A DNA stretch of 64,000 bases from Chrysomallon squamiferum (GCA_012295275.1 CM022673.1:11966001-12030000), one strand, 5' to 3'; positions 20,210-50,353 are shown, counted from the first letter of the stretch. A program made the numbers and translations. Notes: generated from the letters alone by a model not told the origin.

Positions 20210-23200
20210 AAAATACATATATACACATACATTCATATTTATATATGTATATACATACATACAGACAGACAAACGTACAGAGAAAACGCAGCACTCCTTT
20301 ATTTGACTCGGCTATTGTTTTTGTGCTGATGTGGTTTGAAACAAAGGGTAGAATGAATACAGCCGGGTGGAAAGTCACGTCAAACCGAGCTTACTGCATT
20401 TGCAAACGAATGTTTTGTTCGGAAGCAGAATTCTTGAAAGTGTCTAAAACGCATGTGCAAACCGTGCAACTGGCAGATTACAGAACCAGTTCTGCAAAGC
20501 AGGGAAACTGAATTATCACATTCAGTTAGTGTATCGTTTCCTACCGTAGGCAGCTCACCCACCAAAATACACACACACACAGACACACACATATTCATGC
20601 ACACATATACAGACAAATGCCTGCACACATACACACACAAACATATGCACACTCAGACATACACATTCGTTGATATACCGACATACAAAAGCTTTCGTTA
20701 ATTTACTGCAATATAAAATAAAAGATAATCGTACCTGCACTAGTTGTATTGTCAGCTGAAAGTAAAATGATCTCACTGTTAAAAATCTTAATACACATTA
20801 CATTAACAATGCAAAGAAACATAGACCACAAAAGGATTTAAAACAAAAAATGCAAATTAACAATTTCCTTAAACGGAGATAGCTATGCCGTTTTTAAAAT
20901 AAAAGAAATATCATTCTAACAATATTCATTCAAAGGTAACAAAGCATACGCTAAACATTCAATATAGTGTATAATTCTTCTAAACATTAGATCTAGTGTA
21001 TAATTCTTCTAAACATTAGATCTAGTGTAAAATTCTTCTAAACATTAGATCTAGTGTATAATTCTTCTAAACATTAAATCTAGTGTATTGTTCTTCTAAA
21101 CATTAAATCTAGTGTATTGTTCTTCTAAACATTAAATCTAGAGTATACTTCTTCTAAACATTAAATCTAAAGCATAGTTCTTCTAAACAGTAAATCTAGT
21201 GTGTAATTCTTCTAAACATTAAATCTAAAGCATAGTTCTTCTAAACAGTAAATCTAGAGTGTGGTTCTTCTAAATATTAAATCTAGTGTATAATTCTTCT
21301 AAACATTAAATCTAGTGCATTGTTCTTCTAAATATTAAATCTAGTGTATAATTCTTCTAAATATTAAATCTAGTGTATAATTCTTCTAAACATTAAATCT
21401 AGAGTATAACTGTTCTAAAGATTAAATCGATTTGTGCATAAAAAATATTGATTCTAGTTGTACAGTTGTATTAAAATTAAATGTTGCTTATGGTTAGCTT
21501 CTTTAGAGTTTTCTGCCCGTTAAATAGTAAATAAAGACTGCAAAAATAGCAGTTAATTTTAAGTATTTCACATGTTAAAATGCAGGTACACGACCACATA
21601 TAAACACTAAATAATTAATATGAACGTAAATTATGTACTAAACAGTATACAAGACATTAAATCTAGTCGTATTATTATTCTAAATGAACGTAAATTATGT
21701 ACTGAAATGAAAATCAAATATCAAAAACGATTTCTGTTAATCAGGATTAAATATATGTAGACTGAGAAACAGTATGTACACTAAGAAACAATTTTATTTA
21801 CACAAATGTATGGGATGCACACAAAGCCAACTGAGGCAGATCCGTGAACAGTTTTAACTCTTTGTGTGCATCCCATAATATCACAAAGGTATCAGTGCTC
21901 GAGTTGTCTGCGTTGTACTCACGTATCAAAGTTTAACTTAGACAAGTATGCTAAGCGTTCTATCATAATGTTTAGAAATATCTCTTTCATTTCAACTTTA
22001 AGAAATATATATATATATATTTTGTTTTTACCTGACATTGTTGTTGTCATGGCTGTTGTTGTGCTGGCCTCTGTTGTATCTTCGGCTATAAAATGAAATG
22101 CACATAACATGAATAAATCAATGAAGTTACGTATCCATGCATTATGTTTTTACGTACATCATGAACAGAGCTGTATATAAATATTTATCTTTGGAAATGT
22201 GCAGCTGTATAAAACATTATACCATGCGCAGTTGCCTTTTCCCGTTAGTATATGTATGTACGTATGTACCTCTCTATGTATGTGTATGTGTGTTTATATA
22301 TGTATGTATGTATGTATGTATGTTTGTATGTACATATGTATTTTAGGCTTTGAATATTTTCTGTTTTATGTACGTCAGATGCCGCTGACGAGACTCGAAC
22401 GCATGGCGCTCATTCGCCCGCATCGCGAAGTCGGACGATGTTACCTATGACTGTATGTATCTATGTAATTACCTTTATTTAATATGTGTATACGTGTGTG
22501 TATGTGTATATTTATGAATGTATCTATCTACGTATGTATGTATATATGTATATATGTGTGTATGTACTTAACTTTATTTCAATGTATACTTTTATTTTGT
22601 TTCTTTAATTTAGTGGTGTTGCTTGAAAACTTACTTGATGTTGTAGTTACCAGACTTGTAAACAGAGCTACGGCTGGAAAATAAATAAATAAATAAATAA
22701 ACAAATAAACAAACAAATAAAATAAAATAAACAAAGTAAAATATAATAAAATAAAATCAATAAATTAAAATAAAATAAAATATAATAAAATAAAATTTAA
22801 AAAAATCAATAAATCAATAAATCAAAAATCAATAAATGAAATAAAATAAAATAAAATAAAATAACGTAAAACAAAATAAAAGAAAAGAAAATAAATAAAT
22901 TAACAAACAAGTAAATTAAAATATTCAATGTTGTCACAAAAGACTTGTAACCAGAGCTACCGCTGGAAAATAAATAAATAAATAAATAAATAAATAAAGT
23001 AAAATAAAGTAAAATATAATAAAATAAAAATAAAAAAAAAAAAAAAAAAATAAAATAAAATAAATCAATCAATCAATCAATCAATCAATTAATTAAATAA
23101 ATTAAATAAAATTAAATAAAAAAACAAAAAAAAAAATAAAATAAATAAATAAAAACAAAAATAAAAAAGTAATGTAAAACAAAATAAAAATAAAATAAAA

Positions 23201-23520
23201 TAAATAAATTAACAAACAAGTAAATTAAAGTATTCAGTGTTGTCACAAAATTCTTTAAAACAGCGAACAGCAACTTAAATTTTTTAGAAAGGCATTTTTG
23301 TTAAATGACATTTTATATCTCTTTCCGGGAACAAATATTAACAAACTTTAATTCATTGGAAGGACCGAGAAAGACAAAGAAGATCTGAGACAGGTAGAAA
23401 GAAAAAGACAGCGATGGAGAGAGAGAGAGAGAGATTTTATTTATTTGGCTATTTATAAAACAATTTTACCTAAATTAACTTACCGCAGACCAGCGCTATC
23501 ACGAAAGATGCTTTGTTCAT
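19192..23520 (-). CDS. M2: tiny predicted GPI-anchored Thr-rich glycopeptide precursor (72 aa, 5 exons)
   Basis: complement(join(19192-19259,20735-20755,22032-22085,22635-22673,23484-23520)) = 219 nt: [72 protein letters not shown]. Confidence 0.78.
20975..21425. repeat. ~29-bp minisatellite (TTCTTCTAAACATTAAATCTAGTGTATAA) in M2 intron 3
   Basis: About 15 tandem copies visible. Confidence 0.9.
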
Positions 23521-23631
23521 TTTTGTTGTTGTTGTTGTTCCTTGATAGATATTTGTTTTGTTTTTTTCACCTTTAACACGTAGGACTTTAGTCTTGTATC
23601 ACGTATCTCTGAGCAAGATGTTGTTGGTGAC

Positions 23632-23655
23632 GATTATATAAAGACCAGGTTACTA
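23632..23655 (-). promoter_or_regulatory. Putative TATA box of M2
   Basis: Same conserved motif. Confidence 0.6.
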
Positions 23656-24564
23656 GGTGACGTCTGTGTTTATATGTGTTTACATAAATATTATGATCGA
23701 ACCACTAGAGATTCGTGTTTTTAACTCTATAATTTTGACTGAGAAGGTTAAGAAACAAAGTGAAGATTGCTGAGGTTCACCCTTGTAACACAGATGGCAA
23801 CGATTTTTTGGCTCAAATGTCTCCCACTGTGACAAAATGTGCACCATGTAACCTGAATTCAACATCTGCATGTGTATGTGATAGTATATTTTCTATGTTA
23901 GTACATGCTTGATTTACGTCGGTTTTCACGACGATATAAACAGCGGTTAACTTCTTTCTCTCGTAACTAAGCTAAACAAAAATGTCGTGATTTAAGTCAT
24001 CACGCAAACAGAAAATCGTGCAGTCAGAACACATGAGAAGATCTTTTCAAAAACAACTTTAGAAATATTAGCCAGTAATCGTGATTTACAGAACAAATGT
24101 GATATTTTTAAAATCACTTAAAATATAACTGTCAAAGTATTACTTATCAATCGCGTGTCAATGGTATAAATAATTTACATATTTGTTATAGTTATGTAAC
24201 AATAATCAGTCAAATGTGTTTTTTATTATCTTCAGTTATGTTTGTTCCTTTACCGTTTATTATTCTTTTACAAACACTCGTACACTGTTTATCACAAAAC
24301 TAATTAAACTAATTCTCTGCATTTTCAAAAATGATACAAATCGATTCGGCGGACAAGAAAACCAGGTGATGAGTTAACAATGACCTTAGTTGAAATAAAA
24401 TATAATACAAAAGGTGTACCTCGATTTTTATACTTTTATTTTTGATGTTAAAATTTTTGTTTTTGTCTTTCGTTTTCACTTTTAAACATTTTTCTCTCCC
24501 ATTCGACCAGAATGTTATTAATTTCTTAGTGGCTCTAATCTTTCACTTTTAAACATTTTTCTCT

Positions 24565-25065
24565 CCCATTCGACCAGAATGTTATTAATTTCTGAGTGGC
24601 TCTAATCTTTCAGTTTGGCCAAGCGCCAAGACGTTACGTCATTTCTAGACAAAGCAACACGGAATATCTGATACAAGACTAAACGTATTTATCAGGTGTA
24701 CAGCGACCATCTCTACTCGGTGAGTGTGTTAAACAAATGGCTGGTTATTTATTGATGACATTTGTAAGTAGCTGTATGTATATATTTCCTTCAGTAAAGA
24801 CGATCAGCGGCCATTTGCAATTAATGCACGTGACTTTAATTCCGAATCGTACAGAAACGTGTTGTTTTTGGCTCGCATGGTATTGTATTTCAGAAAACGT
24901 TGGAATATCTGGATACGACTACTTTGTTTAAACCAGACAAAGATTTTTAAAAAAATTCTATATACCATTATTTATGACGTAGATGAAGCGTCTTGTGTTT
25001 CACTACTTCTTACTTAATCCGTAATTCTTCTTCCGTAAGTGTTTGCTTTTAACGGACACTAGTGG
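24565..25065. repeat. Dispersed repeat, inverted copy of ~15925-16480
   Basis: Reverse-complement match; overlaps a ~67-bp tandem duplication at ~24474-24612. Confidence 0.8.
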
Positions 25066-25201
25066 GAGAAGAGAGAGCTATGGATGGAGGGGCAGACAGA
25101 CAGAAAGACAGACAGACAGACAGATAGATAGATAAATAGATAGATGGATATGTAGATACAGAGACACATATATAATAAATATGTGAATGTGTGTGTGTGT
25201 A

Positions 25202-25940
25202 TAGTGGTACCTCGACTTACGAGTTCCCCAAGTTTTTCGAGTTACGAGCAATCGGACGGTCTATTTTTTGCTTTGAGTTGCGAGCCAAAATCCGAGTTAC
25301 GAGCTAGCTTCAGATACGCCGCCGCTAGTTGGATCCGGCGAGCATCCTGCGTCTCACTCGTTTACTTCACATGGTCATCTCGTCGCGGAAGCATCTCTAC
25401 TGTGTTGTGCTCGCGTTTTGTGCAGTATTTTGCCAAATTTGTTTATCTGGCGATGGATCCTAAGAAAGTGAGTGCAAAGAACAGTGCTGAGAAGAAGATG
25501 CGGATGATGTCTATTGAATTAAAGCTTGAATTCATAGAAAAACATGAACGAGGTGGGCATCTAGCCGACTTGGCCAGGCAGTAAGAGCGTAGTACTTCTA
25601 CGATACGTACCATACTGAAGTTGAAGGAGTCGATAAAGGCTGTAACTCTAGCCAAAGGCGTTAAAATAATTTATCTCATATCCTAGATAAATACACTTTA
25701 CAAAACTAATTTACTTCTTTACATTCTCTTTTATTTTGTTTTTATACAATATTTTGTCAGTTATAAATACATTTTACAAAACACGTTACAAAAAAAAAAA
25801 AAAAATGTGGTGGTTTGGGGGGGGGACTGGAATTATTAATAGTAGGTCAATTAATTTCAGTTTGGAAAACTGATTTGATATACGAGCAAATTGTGATACG
25901 AGCTCGGTCACGGAATAAATTAAACTCGTAAGTAAAAATA

Positions 25941-25942
<2 letters not shown>
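25202..25942 (+). mobile_element. Degenerate pogo/Tigger-like DNA transposon, internally deleted
   Basis: Left end AGTGGTACCTCGACTTACGAG, right end ..AAACTCGTAAGTAAAAATAC; remnant MDPKKVSAKNSAEKKMRMMSIELKLEFIEKHERGGHLADLARQ*ERSTSTIRTILK resembles a CENP-B/pogo HTH. Confidence 0.8.
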
Positions 25943-25971
<29 letters not shown>

Positions 25972-27097
25972 AAGTGTGTATGTATGTATGTATGTATGTA
26001 ATTAGTGAGACTTAGTAAAATCTTGGTGTTCATGCTATGGGGTAAAATATACTGAAACGAAATAGGTTATTACTGCATGTCATAGGATTCATAATTGCAT
26101 GCAGATTGTTTTTATTTTCGTGATGATCCCAACATATAAAAAAAAAAATAATAATAATAAAATAAAAATATTTAAAAATAAAAAATAAAACATAAGAGAT
26201 AAAATACAAATGATTACTAGCACTGAAATATTTCTGCTTGTATTATCATGAATAGGGAAGCACCGGTCACATACTTTTTATCTTAATTTACCAACATTAA
26301 TTATATCCCTTGATTTGTTTACGTTTTGTGTTTGTGTACGTATAACTATCTATTTATCACTTTGTCCCAATACACAACAGATACCTTTAGAATCCCCAGT
26401 TTCTATATTCGTGTTTGTCAGTGTGCGTGTCCGGTAAATGTATAAGATTTTAACAAATTAAAATGCAAAACTAATGAACGAAATACCATATTATGTAATA
26501 ATATTATTATATTATATTATATTATATTATATTATATTATATTATTTGTTTGCTTGTTTGTTTCTTTGTTTGTTTGTTTATTTATTGGAAAGGAACTGCC
26601 ATTATAAATACACACACTGTTATAATTATAAGTAACAATTTATAAAAACGTTTTTCTTCTTAGTATAAATATCAAAAAATTTGAATATGTATCTCTGAGT
26701 TTCCTTCATTTTCATTCAAGAACTACAATCCTGGAGTTATTTTTCTGAATGAGTTACAAGATAAATATAATAATAAAAAAAGAACGTAAAGAAAAAGCTG
26801 GTGATGATAACGATATAATTAAGATGATGAAAATATAACACATTTAATTCTACGAATGATAACACGATAAAAATGGCCATGATATTTATATTTGTAACGA
26901 CGCTGTTGATTATACTGATGATAGTTATGACGATGTTGATGAAGTTGATATTTAATGATGATGATAATGATAATAACATTAGTGGAACTGACTGCTACTT
27001 TTTATACTTTTTCTTCTGAAATACCAACATCTGCTTAACAAAAACAAAACAAGGATTTAAAAACAATTGTTTTTAAAAAGAAATAAACAGGAACTGG

Positions 27098-27146
27098 TCT
27101 GAATGTATCTTTATTTCAGAACAAACGTCTTCATCAGATACATGCA
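27098..27146 (-). terminator. Putative poly(A) signal motif of M1
   Basis: Same conserved AATAAA motif, ~360 nt after the stop. Confidence 0.55.
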
Positions 27147-27474
27147 AGTTTTTTCACACAAATGAAAGAACATCAAGAAACAAAAATAAATTATTATCAT
27201 TTAATCACTGATACTTGATTAGAAATTCCAAAAATGGTTATTAGAACTAGCATTAATTAATTTATTTATTAATTTATTTATTTATTTATTTATTATAACT
27301 ATGTTACTATAATTTGGAAAACTCTTCATTCCTTTGTCTTGTAATAAAATATAAAAAAATACTCTGAAATCATCACTATAAATATTATGTAGAAGCAGTT
27401 ACAGAAGATCTGTTGTGAGAAAAAGCACATCTTTAATAGATTAATAAAATTAATACTGTTGTTTTTCGGTTTTT

Positions 27475-34464
<6,990 letters not shown>

Positions 34465-34587
34465 TTTATATGTTATTCCTTGATATTTTGTTTTTTGTTT
34501 TGAGATGTTTTGTTTTTTTTCCCCCTTAAATACGTTTGTCTTGTATCGAGTATCTCTGAATAAAATGTGGTGGGTGGTGATCGACAC

Positions 34588-34611
34588 GATTATATAAAGA
34601 CCAGGTTACTA
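34588..34611 (-). promoter_or_regulatory. Putative TATA box of M1
   Basis: GATTATATAAAGACCAGGTTACTA conserved ~105-165 nt upstream of the start-codon position in all five M copies. Confidence 0.6.
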
Positions 34612-36416
34612 TATTTGTATGTATTTAAATTAAAAATAAAAACGTATCAAATAATATATATATATATATATATATATAATGAATAAATGAACAGAAAATC
34701 GTGTTTTTTAAATTATAATTATAGCTTTGACTGATAGTTAACAATGTTCACATTGTTGAGATGCGTCCTTCCAGTGTGATTTGATATCAAGAAGGTATAA
34801 GGACTCCTGTATCAAAATTCAGAAAAAGTCTAATAAAGGTAAGAAAAATTATAATAACAAGGAAGGTGTGACACAGGCACATTTTGAATAAACGCTCGTA
34901 AATTGAAACAACAAAACAGTTAACGTGTCTCCCACTGTGACAAAATCGACATGATGAGGTTTTTAATATTATAATGAGAAAATAAACATACATTTTGTTC
35001 TATTAATAAAATACGAGAAACAGAAATAAAAATCGGTTTTTTTTTTCTGTCAGTAAAAGATTTATTTTAATAAAGTACAAGTCACTGAGATCATGTATTA
35101 CTACTACTTCCACTACAGAGGACTGAGCCTGCGTACCACAGCTTAACAAGGAAACAAGTTTTTATTATATTCTACCGACAGTTTTTCTACGAGTATTTGT
35201 AAAAGTATAATAAACGGTAAAGGAACAAACATAACTGAACATAGTAAAGAACACATTTGATTGATTATTGGGTTTTTTTAGATGTCATCTTCCATAGGAA
35301 AGTACCTAAATGAGGTCTTAAGTGGCAGACCCCCATTTTATTTTATTTTTTATTTTATTTTATTTTTTTTAAACGAAAAGAAAAGAAAAACAATCCACAA
35401 AACTTTTTATTTCCATGAATTAAGAAAATTAAATTTGATTTAGACCTCACAGTCATCAAAACACTATTATTATTATTGTTATTATTGTTGTTGTTGTTGC
35501 TGTTGTTATTGTTCTTATGATTATTATTATTATAAACAAATATAACTCATTTCATTACTTTAATTATTTTAAATGTATTAACTGAATCTTTTGCATTAAA
35601 AAAAAAAAGAAGTTATAATTTCAAATTTTCCGACACGGTTGAATCACCTAACATACTGTTAGTGTGACAGACACCTTAACGTCGAATCCAGCGTTAAACG
35701 CGACAACGTCAGTAAAATAATTACGAAGTGTGTCGTGTCATGTCACTGAACGGACGACTCTTTGTTGAAAACAATCGTAAATGACAGCGGCTACTAACAA
35801 GCTAATGAAGCATCATCTACAGTGACAGACGTGATAAGTTGTGTAATAACCGCTCTAAAGAAATAAACGTTTTAACTGGTGTTTTTTTCTACACCCACAT
35901 CTGGTTACGTAATTCCCACTCGGTCTAATGCGTTCTTGTCATCCCCTACGTGGCCCGAAATGAACTCTTACATGTACCATCCTAATGTAATATCGTATTA
36001 CGTAAAATCCTATTCGAGTCCCTACTGAATATTTTTAGATCCAGTGGGAAGACAAAACAAAAAGAACATGTATCAAGGATTAGGTATCACAGTCTGATTT
36101 ATGGCATTTCTCCTGTAAGCAAATCGCTGATACAGAAGTATAAAAAAAAAAAATAATAATAAAAAGACAAAATGGATATAAAAAGACTAGTTGTGTAGAT
36201 CTATTGTTAACTTTGCTATGAAAGTAAAACGGCAAGCTGATACGAGGATAGATGTTACTAAGATGTAAACAAAAAGAATCACACGTTATTTTAAAGATTT
36301 ATCAAGCTAACCTGCAATCAGTACTTTTAAAATCTCTCAAAATGGAATAGTCTTACAAGAGAAAGGTTATATCAGTAACGTAATGATTGACGAGCTTGTG
36401 GCACTGATAGAAACCT

Positions 36417-36470
<54 letters not shown>

Positions 36471-37863
36471 TAATGAAATTATAATAATTGCAAGACAAGG
36501 AGGGAAATGTCAAAAAATTAAAATCCCGCCATAATATAATGTCATTACGTTTTTATCATACCAATTTTCTGATTCACGTTTATACGTTTCATAATTAAAC
36601 AAAAACGCCGGAAAATAATTATTCATACAAATAAACACACAGACACTCACATTCGTACATACAGAGCCACTGACACTGAGAGACTGACTGACAGACAGAC
36701 AGACAGACAAACAGAAAGAGCGAAAGAGAAAGAAAGAAGACAAGAAAGAGAGATATCTATAGAGAGATATGGAACGAAGAAACAAGATTAATAGAAATTT
36801 CTTTCTGTTATAACAAAAAGGAAAATATCATCACGAGATTCAACATAAATAACCGACATGAACGGGTAAAAAATGTGTCGATAAAACCTATCCTGGTTTA
36901 CCTCGTCTTTGTTTCGGCCGTACTGACTAGTGACAATATATCCAATTAGTCATCACTGCAATAAAACCGTTTCTTTGCTCTAGATTTTAAAATACGAAAA
37001 AGAAGAAAAAATGAGTAACACAAGCAAGATATAAATAGAACTAGCCGCATTCATTAAGTAAGACAAGGGTAAACTTGAATATTAAGCGAGTGAACAAGTA
37101 AAATAGACGAATAATTAAATATACAAAGAGATAGGCAGATATAGAGATAGAAAGATAGACAGATAGATGGACTGACAGATAGATAGATGATAAATAGACA
37201 GATGTGGTATATTTTGTGATACTTGTCGTTAACGAGATAACTCTATGTCTGTTTGATGCAAGATACATTACTTATCGTATTTATAGTTAAGTTTGTTGTT
37301 TTTTTTTACTTTCAAGAACGATAAATGTTAGGTATGTTTATCTTAATTTACCAATATGAATTATCTCCCTTGATTTGTCGTAGACGTTTTGTGTGTGTGT
37401 ACGAGGACCTGTATAATATGTATTTATTACGCTGTCCCAATATACAACAGAAACTTTTAGAATCCTTCTTTATATATACGTGTTTGTCATTGTGCGTGTG
37501 CGTGTGCCTTAAACGTTTTAGATTTTAACATATTAAAATACAAAAGTGCTGAACGAAATATCTATATTATATTATAGTATAGTATATTATAGTATAGTAT
37601 ATTATATTATATTATTTGTTTGTTTATTTATTGGAAAGTAATTGTCATTTTAAATGCATTCACAGCTATAAATATATGTAACAATTTCTAAAAGCAATTC
37701 TTCTTAGTATAAATATTAAAAAGAGAATAAAAAATGTTTTACTGAAAACTTAATAGATATGCGTGTAAAATATAAAAATTTTGTACGTGAAATAAATGTA
37801 AAGACAAATACGCACGCGCGCGCGCGCACCCAAACACACAGAGACACACACACATACAGACAA

Positions 37864-37899
<36 letters not shown>

Positions 37900-38171
37900 G
37901 TTAGTCTAGCCATTCTAGCTTTTTTATTTTGATTTCTATTCAAAATCGATAATTCTTAAAAGTATTTTAATTCTGAACGTTTCAGCAATATCGTTTTGGT
38001 CATTTAAATTGAAGGGCGATAACTCTGATTAAAATATTATTTTCTTATGAGAGAGTAACGATTTCTGTACAACCCAGATATATCAAAAAGTAAATAATTG
38101 CCTTAATCATCACCACCACAAACATAAACTTACGATAAAGAAATAAAGAAAAACAAATTTCTTTTTTTGGT

Positions 38172-38221
38172 TCTGAATGTATCTTTATTTCAGATAATTA
38201 ATCTTCATCGGATACATACAG
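38172..38221 (-). terminator. Putative poly(A) signal motif of G2
   Basis: AATAAA on the minus strand inside TCTGAA..TTCAGA, ~450 nt after the stop. Confidence 0.55.
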
Positions 38222-38638
38222 CTTTTTCATTTTTGTTTATGTTAATGAAAACTTACAAAGTCTTTTTATTTAGTAACTTAAACGATAATAACGGTATTAG
38301 TGATCACCGTAATAACAGCCTGAAATGTAAGTATGTAGTAAATAAAGTGTACACATTTAAACTGTCTTCGCTTGATCCTGCTATGACATTGAAAAAAATG
38401 ACACATTAGAAACTGAGATATATATTTTGGTTGATGATGATGCCGTTGTTGTTTCCATGTACCACAAAACAAATGAAAAACTCTATATATTTGCTCTAGC
38501 TTTTGCTGTTACGGTTGTTATTGTCCTTGTTGTTCTTTTTGGTCTTGTCTTTGCTGCTGCTGTTGTCGTTGTTGTTGATACGGCTGCGCTGGGTTTTCTT
38601 TCAATGTCAGAGGCTGAAGGAAACAGTCTATGAAAAAT

Positions 38639-47489
<8,851 letters not shown>

Positions 47490-48168
47490 GATGCAAATTC
47501 TGCAAAAGTTGTCTTATCCTTTCAATATATAGGGGTCGCTGCTATGGTCGGTTTCCACGGCAGATATCCAGTTTAATCAAAACATAAGCACCCATGGGGT
47601 AAAAAAATTTCCACTCGTTTCCAAATTTCATTTTATTGGCTGTACCAGTCACGTGATCATTAATGAATATTAATTATTCCTCGGTGATTATAACCTTTAC
47701 AGTACAAATTACGCACTGAAGACCTAAATTATTGGTAATTGAAATTTACTTTACAAACACAGAGTGTTTTAGCGTACTTGTGGAACCTTCTAGAACATGT
47801 TAACATAACTACATAAAAGAACATGCTAGTTGTTTCTAACTTTTGTCCAATTTTGTTGTTGTATGTTGCTACTTAAGCATTACAGTTGGTAATGTACTTT
47901 CTTACTACGTTACTTTGAGTTTTGTGATGAAATATTGTCGTCCGTATAACCTTATTTTGTATTTACATATTAGCTCTGTATTTAAAAAACAGGTCAGCCA
48001 TGTACAAATGAGTCACTAGGGTTACATTTTATGTAGGGTACATTTATAAAGAAAAAGAAATTACAACGAACACTGAAAGGAAAGGATGAATTCACAGATT
48101 CCTGAACGTATTTAAATATCAACAAATATTTTTGTCATTCTGGTTTGTTATCTCGTTCTCAGTTTATA

Positions 48169-48240
<72 letters not shown>

Positions 48241-48597
48241 CTATTAAATTAAATCCGTACGTACGTATTTCTGACTTCCTGTATCTGTGTTTGTATGCAT
48301 ATCTACCTGCCTGTGTTTATGTATATATGTTTGTATTTTAATTATTATCTAAAACTTCATTTACTTTTGTCTTCATGTTTTTGTTTGTTTGGTTTCTGGG
48401 TGTTTTTTTCTTTCCTGTTCTCTTCTTTTTCTTCTTGTTTTCTTTCTTCTTTTCTTTTTCTTTTTTTTTTTTTGTTTTGTTTATGTTGTTGTTGTTGTTG
48501 TCGGTTGTTGGCTTTTTGTTTGGTTCGTTCATTGTTTATTTGTTTCTTTCCTTCTTTCTTTTAGAGTTTATTGCTGATGATAGTTTTGTGTAGTTAT

Positions 48598-48636
<39 letters not shown>

Positions 48637-49568
48637 TTTTATTTATTTTATTCTTCCGTTTTATGATAAGAGACTTTTTATTATTCACACTTAATCTGCA
48701 TCATGTGTGCTCATATCCATGCACGAGTGAAAATAATATCATTATTTAAGTTCATAAAATTATTTATACCCATGACTCCATCTAGTTATAAACTGCTTCA
48801 CATTTTTGTAATATTACAGAGTGACAGGCTTTTTTTTTTTTTTTTTTTTCAGACGATGTCCTTCGACGAGATTCGATCCTGCAATCAGCCGCGTTCCAGA
48901 CACTGGACTACTACGACCCTCCTCAGCGCTGTGGAATGCGGGGAATATGCGTGATGACGTCAGTTGCGTGCTTCCTCTCTCCACACTGAAATACAATGCC
49001 GCGAACACAAAGCCTGCTCGTCTAAGCGTGAAGGTCTGGCAACAGAACAGCCGTAGAGTCTAAACGTACCGACGTCGAGTACAAGGACGGGTGGCGGTAA
49101 TTTCTGCTCAGTTAGCAGAATAGGAGAACTGGTCAGACCCGATTACATCAGTGTACAGCAGCTACGATCACGTTTACACTAGAAACACGTACAGCTGGCG
49201 GCTACCTGGGTGTCATGGAACCAGAGCGTAAAAAAAAAAAATTGGCTTCGTTTTGTTTATTTTTTTGTGTTTTTTTTCTTAACAAAAAAAAACCATCGAT
49301 ATAATAAGAAGAAGAAGAAGAAGAAGAAGAAAGAAGAAAATTTGTTTTATTTAGAGGCGATTACTGGTGGGGGTTGGTTATGACTATATAAGAATGTATT
49401 ATAAATAATCAAGGACACTGTAACAGAGACCCACCTCCGTATTTTCTGTCTGTTTTTCTGTGATACATACTTTGATAAATTATTAATAAATTATCAATAA
49501 ATTATATATACATATAAGTGTGTATATGTGTGTAATTGCAAGTATATGTGTTTGTATGTACATAATTT

Positions 49569-49606
<38 letters not shown>

Positions 49607-50315
49607 CACACACATATATATTTACATATATTATATATATATATATATATACAGAATGAATAATGCATGCATGAAGAGACTTGTGTATGTATGTGTGTGT
49701 GTGTGTACCCGTGTGTGTTTGTATTTCAAACTTATTTTATCCAAATTTGTTTCTTTGCTTTTTAGGTAAGAAATTACATCCAGATATTACTGGGCACTTT
49801 TATAAGACATTTCTTTGAAATTAGATAGATGAATATACAAGATGAAAATGTGTACACTTTATTCCATTTATGCAGACACCATCTATTGTATAAACTACTG
49901 TTTTGTAACTTACAGTAGTCATTACATCCTTGTTGTTACTTAGCAAGTAATCTACATCATAAATGTGTGTTCCTAAGTTGCTATTACAAGTATTAAGTTC
50001 AGCTGTAAAAAATTTGCTTACTGTCATTTTGCTCTCAAAAGTATCAGTTTCACATCAGCCCAGTATGTTACTGTAAACAGTAATGATCCGGGAAAACCGC
50101 TTACGTCAGTAAATCTTAACAAAATGCTGTTAAAATGTCACTGTAAACTTTCTGTACATAATACATACAGACATACATATATATACAAAAATATATGTAC
50201 AGACACACATACATAGATATACATTTAAAATACAAACATATATACATGCATGCATGCATGCAAAATATTTATTTGCTTGGTTTTGTTTACTTTTTGGGGG
50301 GGTATTTTTTATTTT

Positions 50316-50353
<38 letters not shown>

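Noticed and set aside
20975-21425. CRISPR-like 29-bp repeats
   Set aside because: Head-to-tail with no unique spacers, in a eukaryotic intron; a minisatellite.
47524-47531. TATATA just upstream of the G2 ATG as a definite TATA box
   Set aside because: Only ~35 nt from the ATG, and a TTTTGCAG acceptor at ~47500 suggests an upstream non-coding exon, as also seems possible for G1 (donor ~61761). Cannot be decided from sequence.
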